Part shown: piece by piece, positions 38,035 through 49,942 of the stretch | How positions within the stretch are numbered: position 1 is the stretch's first letter | How the letters are laid out: every line of letters begins with the position of its first letter | Assembly (NCBI GenBank): GCA_030390025.1 | Contig: CM059431.1 | Span: 121,894,001 to 121,958,000, forward strand | From: Squalus acanthias | Lineage: Eukaryota | Direction: 5' to 3' | DNA: 64,000 bases | The notes under the pieces: generated by a model | Database searches by the model: none | Told to the model about the DNA's origin: nothing | What the model saw: the letters and a program-made list of their open reading frames with translations, nothing else | Translations under genes and position numbers: made by a program

Positions 38035-40960
38035 TCATGTCCAAATTCCTGCCCGCTCCCCGTAACCCTTAATGCCCTTTACTTCTAGGAAACTGTCTAT
38101 TTCTGTTTTAAATTTAATTAATGTTGTAGCTTCTACAGCTTTTTGTGGCAGCATATTCCATGGACCTACCACCCTCTGAGTGAAGTAGTTCCTCCTCATC
38201 TCAGTTTTGAAAGAGCAGCCCCTTATTCTAAGACTATGTCCCCTAGTTCTAGTCTCACCCGTCATCGGGAACATCCTCCCCGCATCCACCCGATCCAACC
38301 CCTTCACAATCTTATATGTTTCAATAAGATCGCCTCTCATTCTTCTGAACTCCAATGAGTAGAGTCCCAATCTACCCAACCTCTCCTCATATGACCACCC
38401 CCTCATCCCCGGGATTAACCGAGTGAACCTTTTTTGCACTGCCTCGAGAGCAAGGATGTCTTTCCTTAAGTAAGGACACCAAAACTGTATGCAGTATTCC
38501 AGGTGCGGTCTCACCAATACCTTGTACAACTGAAGCAATACCTCCCTATTTTTATATTCTATCCCCCTAGCAATGAAAGCCAACATTCCATTTGCCTTCT
38601 TAATCACTTGCTGCACCTGCATACTAACCTTTTGAGTTTCGTGCACCAGGACCCCCAGATCCCTTTGCACTTCAGTACTCTCCAGTTTCTTGCCATTAAG
38701 ATAATAAATTGCTCTAGGATTTTTCCTGCCAAAGTGCATCACCTCACACTTTCCAGTGTTGTATTCCATCTGCCAAATCTCTGCCCACTTACTTAGCCTG
38801 TCTATGTCCCCTTGCAGGTTTTTTATGTCCTCCTCACTCACTACTATCCCTCCCATCTTTGTATCATCTGCAAATTTTGATATGTTACACTTGGTCCCTT
38901 CCTCCAAATCGTTAATATAGATTGTGAAGAGTTGGGGACCCAGCACTGACCCCTGTGGAACACCACTAGTTACTGATTGCCAGTCTGAGAATGAACCATT
39001 TATCCCAACTCTTTGCTTTCTGTTAGATAGCCAATCCTCTATCCATGCCAGAATATTACCCCCAATCCCGTGATTTTTTACCTTAAGCAATAATCTTTTG
39101 TGTGGCACCTTGTCAAATGCCTTTTGGAAGTCTAAATACACTCCGTCCACTGGTTCCCCTTTATCCACTCTATATGTTACTTCCTTAAAGAACTCCAGCA
39201 AATTTGTCAAACATGACTTCCCCTTCGTAAAACCATGCTGACTTTGTCCTATTAAATTATGATTATCCAAATGTCCTGTTACTGTTTCCTTAATAATGGA
39301 CTCCAAAATTTTACCTACCACAGATGTTAGGCTAACCGGTCTATAGTTACCAGCCTTCTGTCTACTGCCCTTTTTAAATAAGGGTGTTACATTAGCAGTT
39401 TTCCAGTCTGCCGGGACCTTAGCGGAATCCAGGGAGTTTTGAAAAATTATTACCAATGCATCTACAATCCCTACCGCCACTTCCTTCAAGACTCTAGGAT
39501 GTAAGCCATCAGGTCCAGGTGATTTATCCGCCTTGAGTCCCATTATTTTACCGAGTACCACTTCCTTAGTGATTTTGATCGTGTTTAGCTCCTCTCCCCC
39601 TATAGCCCCCTGTTTGTCCAGTGTTGGGATATTCTTAGTGTCCTCTACTGTAAAGACTGATACAAAATATTCATTCAGTGTTTTTGCCATCTCCATATTT
39701 CCCACCATTAATTTCCCGGTCTCATCCTCTAAGGGACCAACATTTACTTTAGCCACCCTTTTTCTTTTTATATAACTATAAAAACTCTTACTATCTGTTT
39801 TTATATTTTTTGCTAATTTACTTTCATAGTCTATCTTCCCTTTCTTAATCAATCTTTTTGTTATTTTTTGCTGCCTTTTAAAGTTTTCCCAATCCTCTGT
39901 CCTCCCACTAGATTTCGCTACCTTATATGCCCTTGTTTTTAGTCGAATACTATCCTTAATTTCTTTACTTAGCCACGGATGACTGTCCTTTCTTTTACAC
40001 CCTTTTCTTTTCAGTGGAATATATATTTTTTGGAAGTTGTAAAATAACTCCTTGAATGTACACCACTGATCATGTGTCGTCTTACCCTTTAATCTATTTT
40101 CCCAATCCACTCTACTCAATTCCGCTCGCATACCTTCATAGTCTCCTTTATTCAAGCTTAGCACCCTCTAATTGAATATGGAATTCAACCATGTTATGGT
40201 CACTCATTCCAAGGGGATCCTTTACTAGGACATTTTTAATTAATCCTGTCTTGTTACACAGGACCAGATCTAAGGTTGCTTGCCCCCTGGTCGGTTCAGT
40301 TACATACTGCTCAAGAAACCCATCCCATATACACTCAATGAACTCATCCTCAAGGCAGCCCTGCCCAATTTGATTTGTCCAATTAATATGATAGTTAAAA
40401 TCCCCCATAATTATAGATGTTCCCTTATTACATGCCTCAACTATTTCCTGATTGATACTCCGTCCAACAGAGTTGCAACTGTTCGGAGGCCTATAGACTA
40501 CGCCCACTAGTGTTTTTTTCCCCTTATTATTCCTTATCTCCACCCAAACTGTTTCATTATCATGATTTTTTGACCCAATATCATTACTCTGTATTACAGT
40601 GATTCCTTCCTTTATTAACATAGCCACCCCACCTCCCTTTCCTTCCTGCCTGTCCTTCCTGATCGTTAAATAACCTGGTATGTTTAATTCCCAGGCATTG
40701 TCACCCTGCAGCCATGTTTCTGTAATGGCCACAATATCAAAACCATATGTAGTTATTTGTGCCATTAACTCGTCTATTTTGTTACGAATGCTACGTGCAT
40801 TCAGATAGAGAACTTTCAAATATGCTTTGTGGCACTTAGTTCCTGCTTTTTCACTTTTTACCACTTTACCTTTTGCTCCACACACTCTGTCCCTTCCTGC
40901 CACGCTCTGATTTGTGATTCCCCTACTGCTACCTATGTCTATGACCCTCTCTGTTGTCAT
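38035..40960 (-). CDS. CR1 ORF2 (APE endonuclease + reverse transcriptase), one frameshift at ~40150-40165
   Basis: 270-aa ORF (YLNARS, ITETW, GDFN, SDH) overlapping a 709-aa ORF (QHGF, LDFQKAFD, PQGSVLGP, FADD). Confidence 0.93.
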
Positions 40961-40998
40961 TTTTATTTTTTGCTCTCTTGAAACCTCCCCCCCACTAA

Positions 40999-41955
40999 TT
41001 AGTTTAAAGCCCTCTCCACAGCCCTAGTTATTCGATTCGCCAGGACACTAGTCCCAGCACTGGCCAAGTGAAGTCCGTCCCAACGGAACAGCTCTCTCCT
41101 GCCCCAGTACTGGTGCCAGTGTCCCAAGAAGCAAAACCCATTTTTCCCACACCAGTCTTTGAGCCACGCATTCAACTCCCTGATTTTATTTACCCTAGCC
41201 AAATTTGCTCGTGGCTCAGGTAGTAATCCAGAGATTATTACCCTCGAGGTTCTGCTTTTTAATTTGGCCCCTAGCTGCTCAAACTCCCTCAGCAGAACCT
41301 CTTTCCTTGTCCTATCTATGTCATTGGTACCAACATGGACCACGACAACTGGATCCTCCCCCTCCCACTCCAAGTTTCTCTCCAGCCCAGAGGCGATGTC
41401 CTTAACCCTGGCACCGGGCAGGCAACACAGCCTTCGGGACTCTCGCTCTTGGCTGCAAAGAACCCTATCTATCCCCCTAATGATACTATCCCCTACCACT
41501 ACAACATTTCTTTTTACTCCCCCCACTTGAATGGCCCCCCTTACCACGGTGCTGTGGCCAGGTTGCTCATCCTCCCTGCAGTCCCCGCTCCTATCCACAC
41601 AGGGAGTAAGAGCCTCGAACCTGTTGGACAAGAGCAAGGGCTGCGGCTCCTCCAACACTACCTCCTGGATCCCTGTACCTGCCTCACTCGTAGTCACACC
41701 TTCCTGTCCCTGACCACGGGCTACTTCTGAATTAGTTACTCTAATTGGTGTGACTACCTCCTGAAACACGGAGTCCAGGTAACTCTCCCCCTCCCTGATG
41801 TGTCGCAGTGTTTGAAGCTCGGTCTCCAGCTCATCAACCCGGAGCCGGAGTTCCTTGAGCAGCCAACACTTACTGCAAATGTGTTCACCGTGAACATCAA
41901 TGGTGTCCACCAGCTCCCACATATTGCAGCAGTAACACATCACCTGCTCTCCCAT
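40999..41955 (-). CDS. CR1 ORF1p: zinc finger/leucine zipper plus SGNH esterase domain (318 aa)
   Basis: CYCC..CSKC, coiled coil LKELRLRVDELETELQTL, GDS, HVGTND and DGLH motifs. Confidence 0.93.
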   Translation of the reverse strand: MGEQVMCYCCNMWELVDTIDVHGEHICSKCWLLKELRLRVDELETELQTLRHIREGESYLDSVFQEVVTPIRVTNSEVARGQGQEGVTTSEAGTGIQEVVLEEPQPLLLSNRFEALTPCVDRSGDCREDEQPGHSTVVRGAIQVGGVKRNVVVVGDSIIRGIDRVLCSQERESRRLCCLPGARVKDIASGLERNLEWEGEDPVVVVHVGTNDIDRTRKEVLLREFEQLGAKLKSRTSRVIISGLLPEPRANLARVNKIRELNAWLKDWCGKNGFCFLGHWHQYWGRRELFRWDGLHLASAGTSVLANRITRAVERALN

Positions 41956-42169
41956 TCTATGTAATTAATTAAAAATTTATTATTTACCCTTCAGTTAATT
42001 TATGCCAGCAGTCTCTGCTACACCACAGATACCCGAGAAACTATAAACTATGGAATTGAAGTTTTGTATAAAAAAAGAGAAATACTCACCAACCAATCAC
42101 TTACCTGCTTTCTGGTGACGTCACACTTCGATTATTTTTTACCTCTCTCCTGCTCTCGGCTTGGTGAAA

Positions 42170-42547
42170 GCCTACCTGGTCGCTGCTGCCTTTTACCGCC
42201 GCCGCCTCGCCGCTGTTGCTCCACCCAGGTCCGCCGCCTCTGTGGGCCTACCTGGTCGCTGCCGCCTTTTACCGCCGCCGCCTCGCCGCTGTTGCTCCAC
42301 CCAGGTCCGCCGCCTCTGTGGGCCTACCTGGTCGCTGCCGCCTTTTACCACCGCCGCCTCGCTGCTGTTGCTCCACCCAGGTCCGCCGCCTCTGTGGGCC
42401 TACCTGGTCGCTGCCGCCTTTTACCGCCGCCGCCTCGCCGCTGTTGCTCCACCCAGGTCCGCCGCCTCTGTGGGCCTACCTGGTCGCTGCCGCCTTTTAC
42501 CGCCGCCGCCTCGCCGCTGTTGCTCCACCCAGGTCCGCCGCCTCTGT
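42170..42547 (-). repeat. Five tandem 76-bp GC-rich monomers in the CR1 5' UTR
   Basis: Near-identical units start at 42170, 42246, 42322, 42398 and 42474. Confidence 0.97.
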
Positions 42548-43195
42548 CAACTCTGAAGAGTTGTGGATTGAACGGAACACTGTGCAATCATCAACAAACA
42601 TCCCCACTTCTGACACTATAATGGAGGGAATGTCATTGATGAAGCAGCTGAAGATGGTTGTGCCTAGGATACTGCCCTGAGGAACTCCTGTATTGATGTC
42701 CTGGAGCTGCAACCTGCAACCACCACAACCATCTTCCCTTGTGCTCGGTATGACTAGAGCCAGTGGAGAGTTTTCCCCCTGATTTCAATTGACTTCAATT
42801 TCACTAGGACTCCTTGATGCCACTCTCATCAAATGCTGCCTTAATGTCAAGGGCAGTCACTCTCACCTCACTTCTGGAATTCAGCTCTTTTGTCCATGTA
42901 TGGACCAAGCCTGTAATGAGGTCTGGAGCTGAGTGGCCTTGGCAGAACCCAAACTGAGCATTGGTGAGCAGGTTATTGTTGAGTAAGTGCTGCTTGATAA
43001 CACTGTCGACGATATGTTCCATCACTTTGCTGATGATTGAGAGTAGACTGATGGGGCGGTAATTGGCCAGATTGGATTTGTCCTGCTTTTTATGGACAGG
43101 ACATACATGGGCAGTTTGCCACATTGTCAGGTAGATACCAGTGTTGTAGCTGTACTGGAACAGCTTGGCTAGAGGCGCAGCTAGTTCTGGAGCAC

Positions 43196-43709
43196 ATAGG
43201 AACATAGGAACAAGAGTAGGCAATTTAGCCCCTCGAGCCTGTTCCGCCATTCAATGAGATCATGGCTGATCGGCGACCTACCTCCATATACCAGCCTTTG
43301 TCCCCATATCCCTTAATACCTTTGGTTAAAAAAAAATTATCAATCTGAGATTTAAAATTAACAATTGATGTAGTATCAATTGCCGTTTGCGGAAGAGAGT
43401 TCCAAACTTCTACCACCCTTTGTGTGTAGAAGTGTTTCCTAATTTCACTGCTGAAAGGTCTGGTTCTAATTTTTAGACTATGCCTCATCGTCCTAAACTC
43501 CCCAACCACTGGAAATAGTTTCTCTCTACCTACACTATCAGATCTCCTTAATATCTTGAAAACTTTGATCAACTCACCTCTTAACCTTCTAAATTCCAGG
43601 GAGTACAACCCTGGTTTGTGTAATCTCTCCTCATAGTTTAAAACCTGTAGTCTACGTATAATTCTGGTAAACCTACGCTTCACTCCCACCAAGGCCAATA
43701 TATCCTTCA
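43196..43709 (-). mobile_element. 5'-truncated CR1 inserted in the tRNA-headed LINE
   Basis: KDILAL..RRLRGELIKVFKIL..HFYTQRVVEVWNSLP; cataggaa tail on +. Confidence 0.9.
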
Positions 43710-45299
43710 AGACTTCAGATTGATAACCGGGACGTTGTGGGACCCATAGCCTTTGCTGTATCCAATGCATTCAGCCGTTTCTTGAGCGGAGTGAATCAAA
43801 TTGGCTTTAGACTGGCTTCTGTGATGGTGGGGACATCAGGACGAGGCTGAGATGGATCATCTACTCGGCACTTCTGGCTGAAGAGGGTTGAGAATGCTTC
43901 AGCCTTGTCTTTTGCATTCACGTTCCAGTCTCCGCCATCATTGAGGATGGGAATGTTCATGGAGCCTCCTCCTCCTGTTAGTTGTTTAATTGTCCACCAT
44001 CTTTCATGACTGAATGTGGCAGGACTGCAGAGTTTTGATCTGATCCGTTGGTTGTGGGATCACTTAGCCCTGTCTTTGCATCACTTAGCATTTTGTTTCC
44101 GCTGTTTAGCATGTATGTAGTCCTGTGTTGTTGCTTCACCAGGTTGGCACTTGATTTTTAGGTATGCCTGGTGCTGCTCCTGGTATGCTCTTCTGCACTC
44201 CTCATTGAACCAGGCTTGGTTCCCTGGCTTGATTGTAATGAAGATAAGAGTGAGGGATATTCCAGGCCATGAAGTGGCAGATTGTGGTGAAATACAATTC
44301 TGCTGCTGATGGCCCACAGCGCCTCATGGATGCCCAGTTTTGAGCTGCTAGATCTGTTCTGAATCTATCCCATTTAGCACGGTGGTAGTCCCACAAAACA
44401 CGATGGAGTGTGTCCTCAATGTGAAGATGGGACTTTTTCTCCATAAAGACTGTGCGGTGGTCACTCCTACCAATACCATCATGGACTGATGCATCTGCGA
44501 CAGGTAGATTGGTGAGAACGAGGTCAAGTAGGTTTTCCCCTCGTTTTGATTCTCTCACCACCTGCCGCAAGCCCAGTCTGGCAGCTGTGTCCTTCAGGAC
44601 TCGGCCAGCTCGGTCAGTAGTGGTGCTAGCAAGCCACTCTTGGTGATGGACATTGAAGTCCCCCACCCAGTCTAAATTCTACCCTCAGTGCTTCTTCCAA
44701 GTGGTGTTCAACATGGAGGAGTACTGATTCATCAGTTGAGCGATGGCAGTAGATGGTAATCAGCAGGAGGTTTCCTTGCGCATGTTTGACCTGATGCCAT
44801 GAAACTTCATGGGGTCTGGCGTCAATGTTCATGACTCCCAGAGGCACTCCCTCCCGACTGTATACCACTGTGCCACTACTTCTGGTGGGCCTGTCCAGCC
44901 GGTGGGACAGGACATACCCAGGGATGGTGATTGAGGAGACTGGAAAGTTGGCTGATAGTTATGATTCTGTGAGTATGATTATGTCAGCCTATTGCTTGAC
45001 TAGTCTGTGGGCCAGCTCTCTGAATTTTGGTACAAGTCCCCAGATGTTTGTGAGGAGGACTTTGCAGGGTCGACTGGGCTGGGTGTGCCTTTGTTGTGTC
45101 CGGTGCCTAGGTCAATGCCAGGTGGTTCATCTGATTTTATTCTTAGCAGTTTGGTACAACTGAGTGGCTTGCTAGGCCATTTCAGAGGACAGTTAAGAGT
45201 CAACCACTTTGCTGTGGGTCTGGAATCGGGTAAGGGCGGCAGATTTCCTTCCCTAAAGGACATTGTTGAACGGCAATCCTGTAGTTTCATGAAGTTATT

Positions 45300-45420
45300 T
45301 AATTAACTGAATTTAAATTTCCCAGCTGCCGTGGTGGGATTTGAACTCACGTCTCCAGATCATTAGCCCAGGCCTCTAGGTTACTAGTCCAGTAACATAA
45401 CCACTATGCTACTGTACCCC
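45300..45420 (-). promoter_or_regulatory. tRNA-derived RNA Pol III internal promoter (A box 45401-45411, B box 45337-45348)
   Basis: Minus strand TAGCATAGTGG and GAGTTCAAATCC match the tRNA A/B box consensus. Confidence 0.8.
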
Positions 45421-45989
45421 CATGACAGATGATATCTGTTATCATTACTGCAAACTGGCTTACGAGTTGGTTTTTGATCATTCATATCAATCTGCTCAGC
45501 ACCAGAATTATTTCTTGTTGCAGCATTGCATAACATTACTTTCTTTTTCTCTGTGTCTGTTGTACCATTCTGCTGTAATTCATCCTCACTTTCATTTTGA
45601 GCAAACAGATATAGTTTCCCTTCAGAGTATCTCTTCAACCTATCCCCCAAGACTTTGCTTACTTTCTTCATTATCATTGTCTTGTTTTTTTGGTGTTCGT
45701 GTTAGTCAACAGTTCAAGATGTCCCCAGATGTGCTATTTGGTGGCACTGATTTAGCAACAGACAGACTATGTTGTCTCTGTCATTGAAATATAATATGTG
45801 TATTGATGGGTTAAAGAATTGGATAAGAAGTTCATTATTTGCTTTGGTATATCTATGATAACCAAATTTTTCCTTCTATCCTTTCATTAAAACAAATAGA
45901 TATGGGGCAGAAGAGGCAATTATTGCTATGCCTACCACTCTATTTATGCTTGAAAACAGGGTGGTAGACGAACAATTATTAAAAAAAAA

Positions 45990-46522
45990 GTCCTGCCCAA
46001 TGGCCACCCAAGGCCCACCCGACTCAATTTTTGAACAGGCCTCAAAATGCACGGCCATTTCTGCATCTAAAACAAGTGGGAGTCTTATTTAAATATTTAA
46101 ATCGGGGTCCTGCACCCATTGTAGCACCCTGATGTGAGTTTCACGTACCAATGCACGTGGCGTGCATGGCGCACATCCCGGCCATTGGTCGCTGGTCTGG
46201 AGAGGCCTAACCAATGGCCCTTAAAGGGACCAATACAGGTTGCTACAAAAAACAGCTGTAGTTTTTTTTCTTCCGTTGGTCCCTCCTATAAGATTGAATC
46301 CTCCCCCCAAGCCCATACTGTGGATAGGATCCGGCCGATTTCCCACCCCCCACAATGATGTACTGCCTCGGAGCGCCCATCCAGTAGTCGGTGCCTGCCA
46401 TCCGCATGCTAATGAGGCCCATGCTAAGATGGTACAAGCCTCGAACTACTGCGATCAAGTGGGTGGTGTAATCCGCTTACTTCCGCATGTCCGATTACCT
46501 CCGCAAACCTAAATCGACCCCG
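45990..46522. mobile_element. Probable Harbinger-type MITE remnant
   Basis: GC-rich island ending cctaaatcgaccc; blocks resemble 25237 and 30825. Confidence 0.4.
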
Positions 46523-47006
46523 GGAAATTGTTTCAGACCTTCGAATACTATGCTGATGGAGCAGAAAAGAAGACATGTGAGACAGAAATGTCCAAAAATA
46601 AGCAATTTATTTCATCAACCAAAAAAAATGTATGTAATTGAAATCTCAGCTTTTAAAACTAATATTTGTAATGTTAAAGCTTGAGGTAATAAATATAAAG
46701 AATTAATGTCTGTTTTCAAATAAAATATACATGTGTGCAATATCTGCAATTCCACATTATTGTTTCTCAATACTAAGATGTAAGTCACATTAAAAGATTG
46801 AAGGGTTTTTTAAGTCTATTATGGAAAACAAAGGATTAGTGTACAAATCTGAATAAAATATTATGGACAAATTGGAACATTAGAAAACATTACAAGTACC
46901 GACACCAGCAAACAGTTTCTGTTATTAATCTTAGTCTGTCTATAACATTTTAACTCTTTCTAAATGTGCTTCTGTTTAGCTTGCTATAGCAAAGCATTGG
47001 GATACT

Positions 47007-48171
47007 TCTTCTTCTTAGGCAGTCCCTCGGAACCAAGGATGTCTTGCTTGCACATTAAAAATTAGTTCTCAGGCGACTGATGAGTCCAATGCGGGACTTA
47101 CAGTCTCTGTCACAGGTGGGGCAGATGGTGGTTGAAGGGGCGGGTGGGTGGGGTGCTTGGGTTGACGTGCGCTCCTTACGCTGCTTGCACTTGGCTTCTG
47201 CTGGCTCCCGGCGAAGAGACTTGAGGTGTTTGGCGCCTTCCCGGATGCTTCTCCTTCACTTTGTGCGGTCTTGGGCCAGGGATTCCCAGGTGTCGGTGGG
47301 GATGTTGCATTTTTTCAAGGAGGCTTTGAGGGTGTCCTTGAAGTGTTTCCTCTGCCCACCTGGGCCTCTCTTGCTGTGTCGGAGCTCCGAGTAGAGCGCT
47401 TGTTTTGGGAGTCTCGTATCAGGCATGCAGACGATGTGACCCATCCATCGGAGCAGATCAAGCGTGGTCAAAGCTTCGATGCTGGGGATGTTGGCCTGAG
47501 CGAGAACACTGACGTTGGTGCGCCTATCCTGCCAATGGATTTGCAGGATCTTGCAGAGGCAGCATTGGTGGTACGTCTCCAGTGCTTTGAGGTGCCTGCT
47601 GTACATGGTCCATGTCTCTGAGGCGTACAGCAGGACGGGTATCACTGCTGCTCTGTAGACCATGAGCTTAGTGCCAGGTTTGAGGTCCTGGTCTTCAAAC
47701 ACTCTCTTCCTCAGGCGACAGAAGGCTGTGTTGGACTTCGTCATCGACGTCTTCTCTTGTTGACAGTAGGCTCCCGAGGTATGGAAAGTGGTCCACGTTG
47801 TCCAAGTCCTTGTCGTACGGACTGGGGTCAAGCAAGGCTGTGTCATCGCACCAACGCTCTTCTCGATCTTCCTTGCTGCAATGCTCCATCTCACCCTCAG
47901 TAAGCTCCCCGCTGGAGTGGAGCTAATTTACAGAACAAACGGGAAACTGTTCAACCTCCGTCGCCTCCAGTCCAGATCCAAGGTCATCCCATCCTCTGTC
48001 GTCGAATTACAGTATGCAGACGACGCTTGCGTCTGCGCTCACTCGGAGGTCAAACTCCAAACCATCGTCAACACCCTCACCGAAGCGTACGAGAGCATGG
48101 GCCTTACACTAAACATCCGTAAGACAAAGGTCCTCTACCAACCTGCCCCCGCCACACAGTACTGCCCCCCG
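47007..48171 (-). mobile_element. RTE (BovB-like) LINE, 5'-truncated with a 5' inversion (~47812-48171 on +)
   Basis: (AGA)n tail; GVKQGCVIAPTLF, LQYADD, NVDHFPYLGS, TKLMVYRAAVIPVLLYASETW; 11-bp TSD ATTGGGATACT (46996-47006 and 48172-48182). Confidence 0.92.
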
Positions 48172-48983
48172 ATTGGGATACTACCGTATGAACAATTATT
48201 GCATTAGTGTGAAATTCAGCTGGCTGCTGTTTTAAATGAAAAGGGTTAATTTCTCTGCTAAAATGGGACAAGACAAATTTAAGATGAACGTGTTAAGTGT
48301 TAATGTGTTAATATCCCATAGAGTAATTTCAGGGCCTCAGTGTTTAGGTAAAGCAGTGCCATATTTGGACTCTTTTGGAATATAGTCCAGGTGTGGGATA
48401 TTTATGGGTAATTATTGGTAATCTGGACAATAAGTTGCCTTCACATATATATCAGATCACTGAAAACTGGTTGAAAGAAGAAGCAATATGACAGTGTCCT
48501 ACAATGGACTGCACAGAAGCAATAATAATGATTTTTAAAAATTGTGTCATAATCAAGAGTAAAATGCAATAATATTTTAAATAAGAAACTCATCTTATAC
48601 TTATTTTGCCAAATAATGAAAAATGCTATACTGCGAGTATACCAGTTTAATTGTTATTCCTATCTATTCAGCAGCAAAAATGATGAATTTCGGTGTAAGT
48701 ATAAAACATCATTCCAGTTCACATAAATGTCCACACAATGTAGGAAACACACCCATATAAATACTGATTATAGAGATATAGATAGGCATTGCCTAACTCA
48801 GCAACCTACAGGGTTGTTTTTCCACCTCTTGCTTGGGATGCACGCTGGGAGTGTGTATCACAAAATTGCGCACTCCCCAGTCCATGATTTTGCCTCCATA
48901 AATTTTAATTGACAGAAAGTCAATTGTCTTGCACACAGAGGCAGAGAAGTTACCCCAATGTGCCACCACAGTTAGGAATACTG

Positions 48984-49130
48984 GGGGTCATTTTTGGAAA
49001 GTGTGCAGGCAGTGGGGAATGTCACCCAGCACCATGTTAGAAAATCATGGGCACAGTGCCTGCAATTTTATCCAAGTATTGGTGACAGGTGAGATTCCTC
49101 GCTGCCAGTAGGTACTCGAAAAATGACCCC
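48984..49130. mobile_element. Small MITE
   Basis: TIR ggggtcattttt and aaaaatgacccc. Confidence 0.55.
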
Positions 49131-49363
49131 CAGCATACTGACACCAAACTTTCCAAAAAGCTTTCATTTTTTTGTAAAATTCATTAGCTTTTTCACAGTT
49201 ATTGATGGGTATGATTGATGCGAATCTCCATTGTAATCACTATTCATCATTTTTTTCCAAACACATCCATATTATTGAGAGAAAAATCAAGAAACAGAAT
49301 GAGGATAGTCACTCTAAGTCAAGGCTCGCCGATCTCAATGTCTTCGGTCACTTCCAATTGGAA

Positions 49364-49765
49364 TTTCACTCCCTCCACCACTGGCGCACCGTGGCTGCAG
49401 TGTGTACCATCTACAAGATGCACTGCAGCGACTCGCCAAGGCTTCTTCGGCAGCACCTCCCAAACCCGTGACCTCTACCACCTAGAAGGAAAAGGGCAGC
49501 AGGCGCATGGGAACACCACCACCTCCAAGTTCCCCACCAAGTCACACACCATGCTGACTTGGAAGCATATCGCTGTTCCTTCATCGTCGCTGGGTCAAAA
49601 TCCTGGAACACCCTCCCTAACAGCACTGTGGAAGTACCTTCACCACACAGACTGCAGCGGTTCAAGAAAGTGGCTCACAACCACCTTCTCAAGGGCAACT
49701 GGGGATGGGCAATAAATGCTGGCCTTGCCAGTGACACCCACATCCCATGAACAAATTAAAAAAAA
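49364..49765 (+). mobile_element. 3' fragment of the tRNA-headed LINE family
   Basis: HSLHHWRTVAAVCTIYKMHCS; gggcaataaatgctggcc followed by an A tail; matches rc of 36993-37340. Confidence 0.9.
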
Positions 49766-49942
49766 GAATTGCCAGCATGAGAACACATTGCAATCAATCA
49801 GCACTGAATAATACATAACCAGAGGCAAAACACATTTGATTCCTCCGTGGAGGATCCTTTCAGTTTAATAATGCAAAGCTACTAATAGACATGTCCTCAA
49901 CAATGAAATTCTGATTCCCGCCAGAGGCCTTTTGGACAACAT

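Larger units (their letters stand above)
37798..42547 (-). mobile_element. Young, near-intact full-length CR1 LINE
   Basis: 5' tandem monomers, intact ORF1, ORF2 with a single frameshift, (ttcttatg)n tail. Confidence 0.95.
36993..45420 (-). mobile_element. Full-length single-ORF LINE (APE-RT, CR1/Jockey group but a different family from the CR1s) with a tRNA-derived 5' head, split by two CR1 insertions
   Basis: Segments 45420-43710, 43195-42552 and 37797-36993; motifs NIWGL..DIIILTES, GDFNVHH, LDLVLTN, SDH, NYRPISLLS, QFGF, LDIKAAFD, GVPQGSILG, FVDD, VRSVMEYS; A-rich tail at 36993. Confidence 0.88.

Noticed and set aside
42064..42712. Long Pro/Arg/Ala-rich ORFs; CRISPR-like array
   Set aside because: They come from the stop-free 76-bp tandem repeat; the units are head-to-tail with no unique spacers, and the DNA is eukaryotic
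45300..45420. Functional tRNA gene (also the heads at 19021 and 27447)
   Set aside because: No complete cloverleaf or terminator; each head continues into SINE or LINE body sequence
45384..45790. Minus-strand exon-like ORF (MIMKKVSK...)
   Set aside because: Stops upstream in the candidate frames, no recognisable domain, and the ORF runs into the retroelement head
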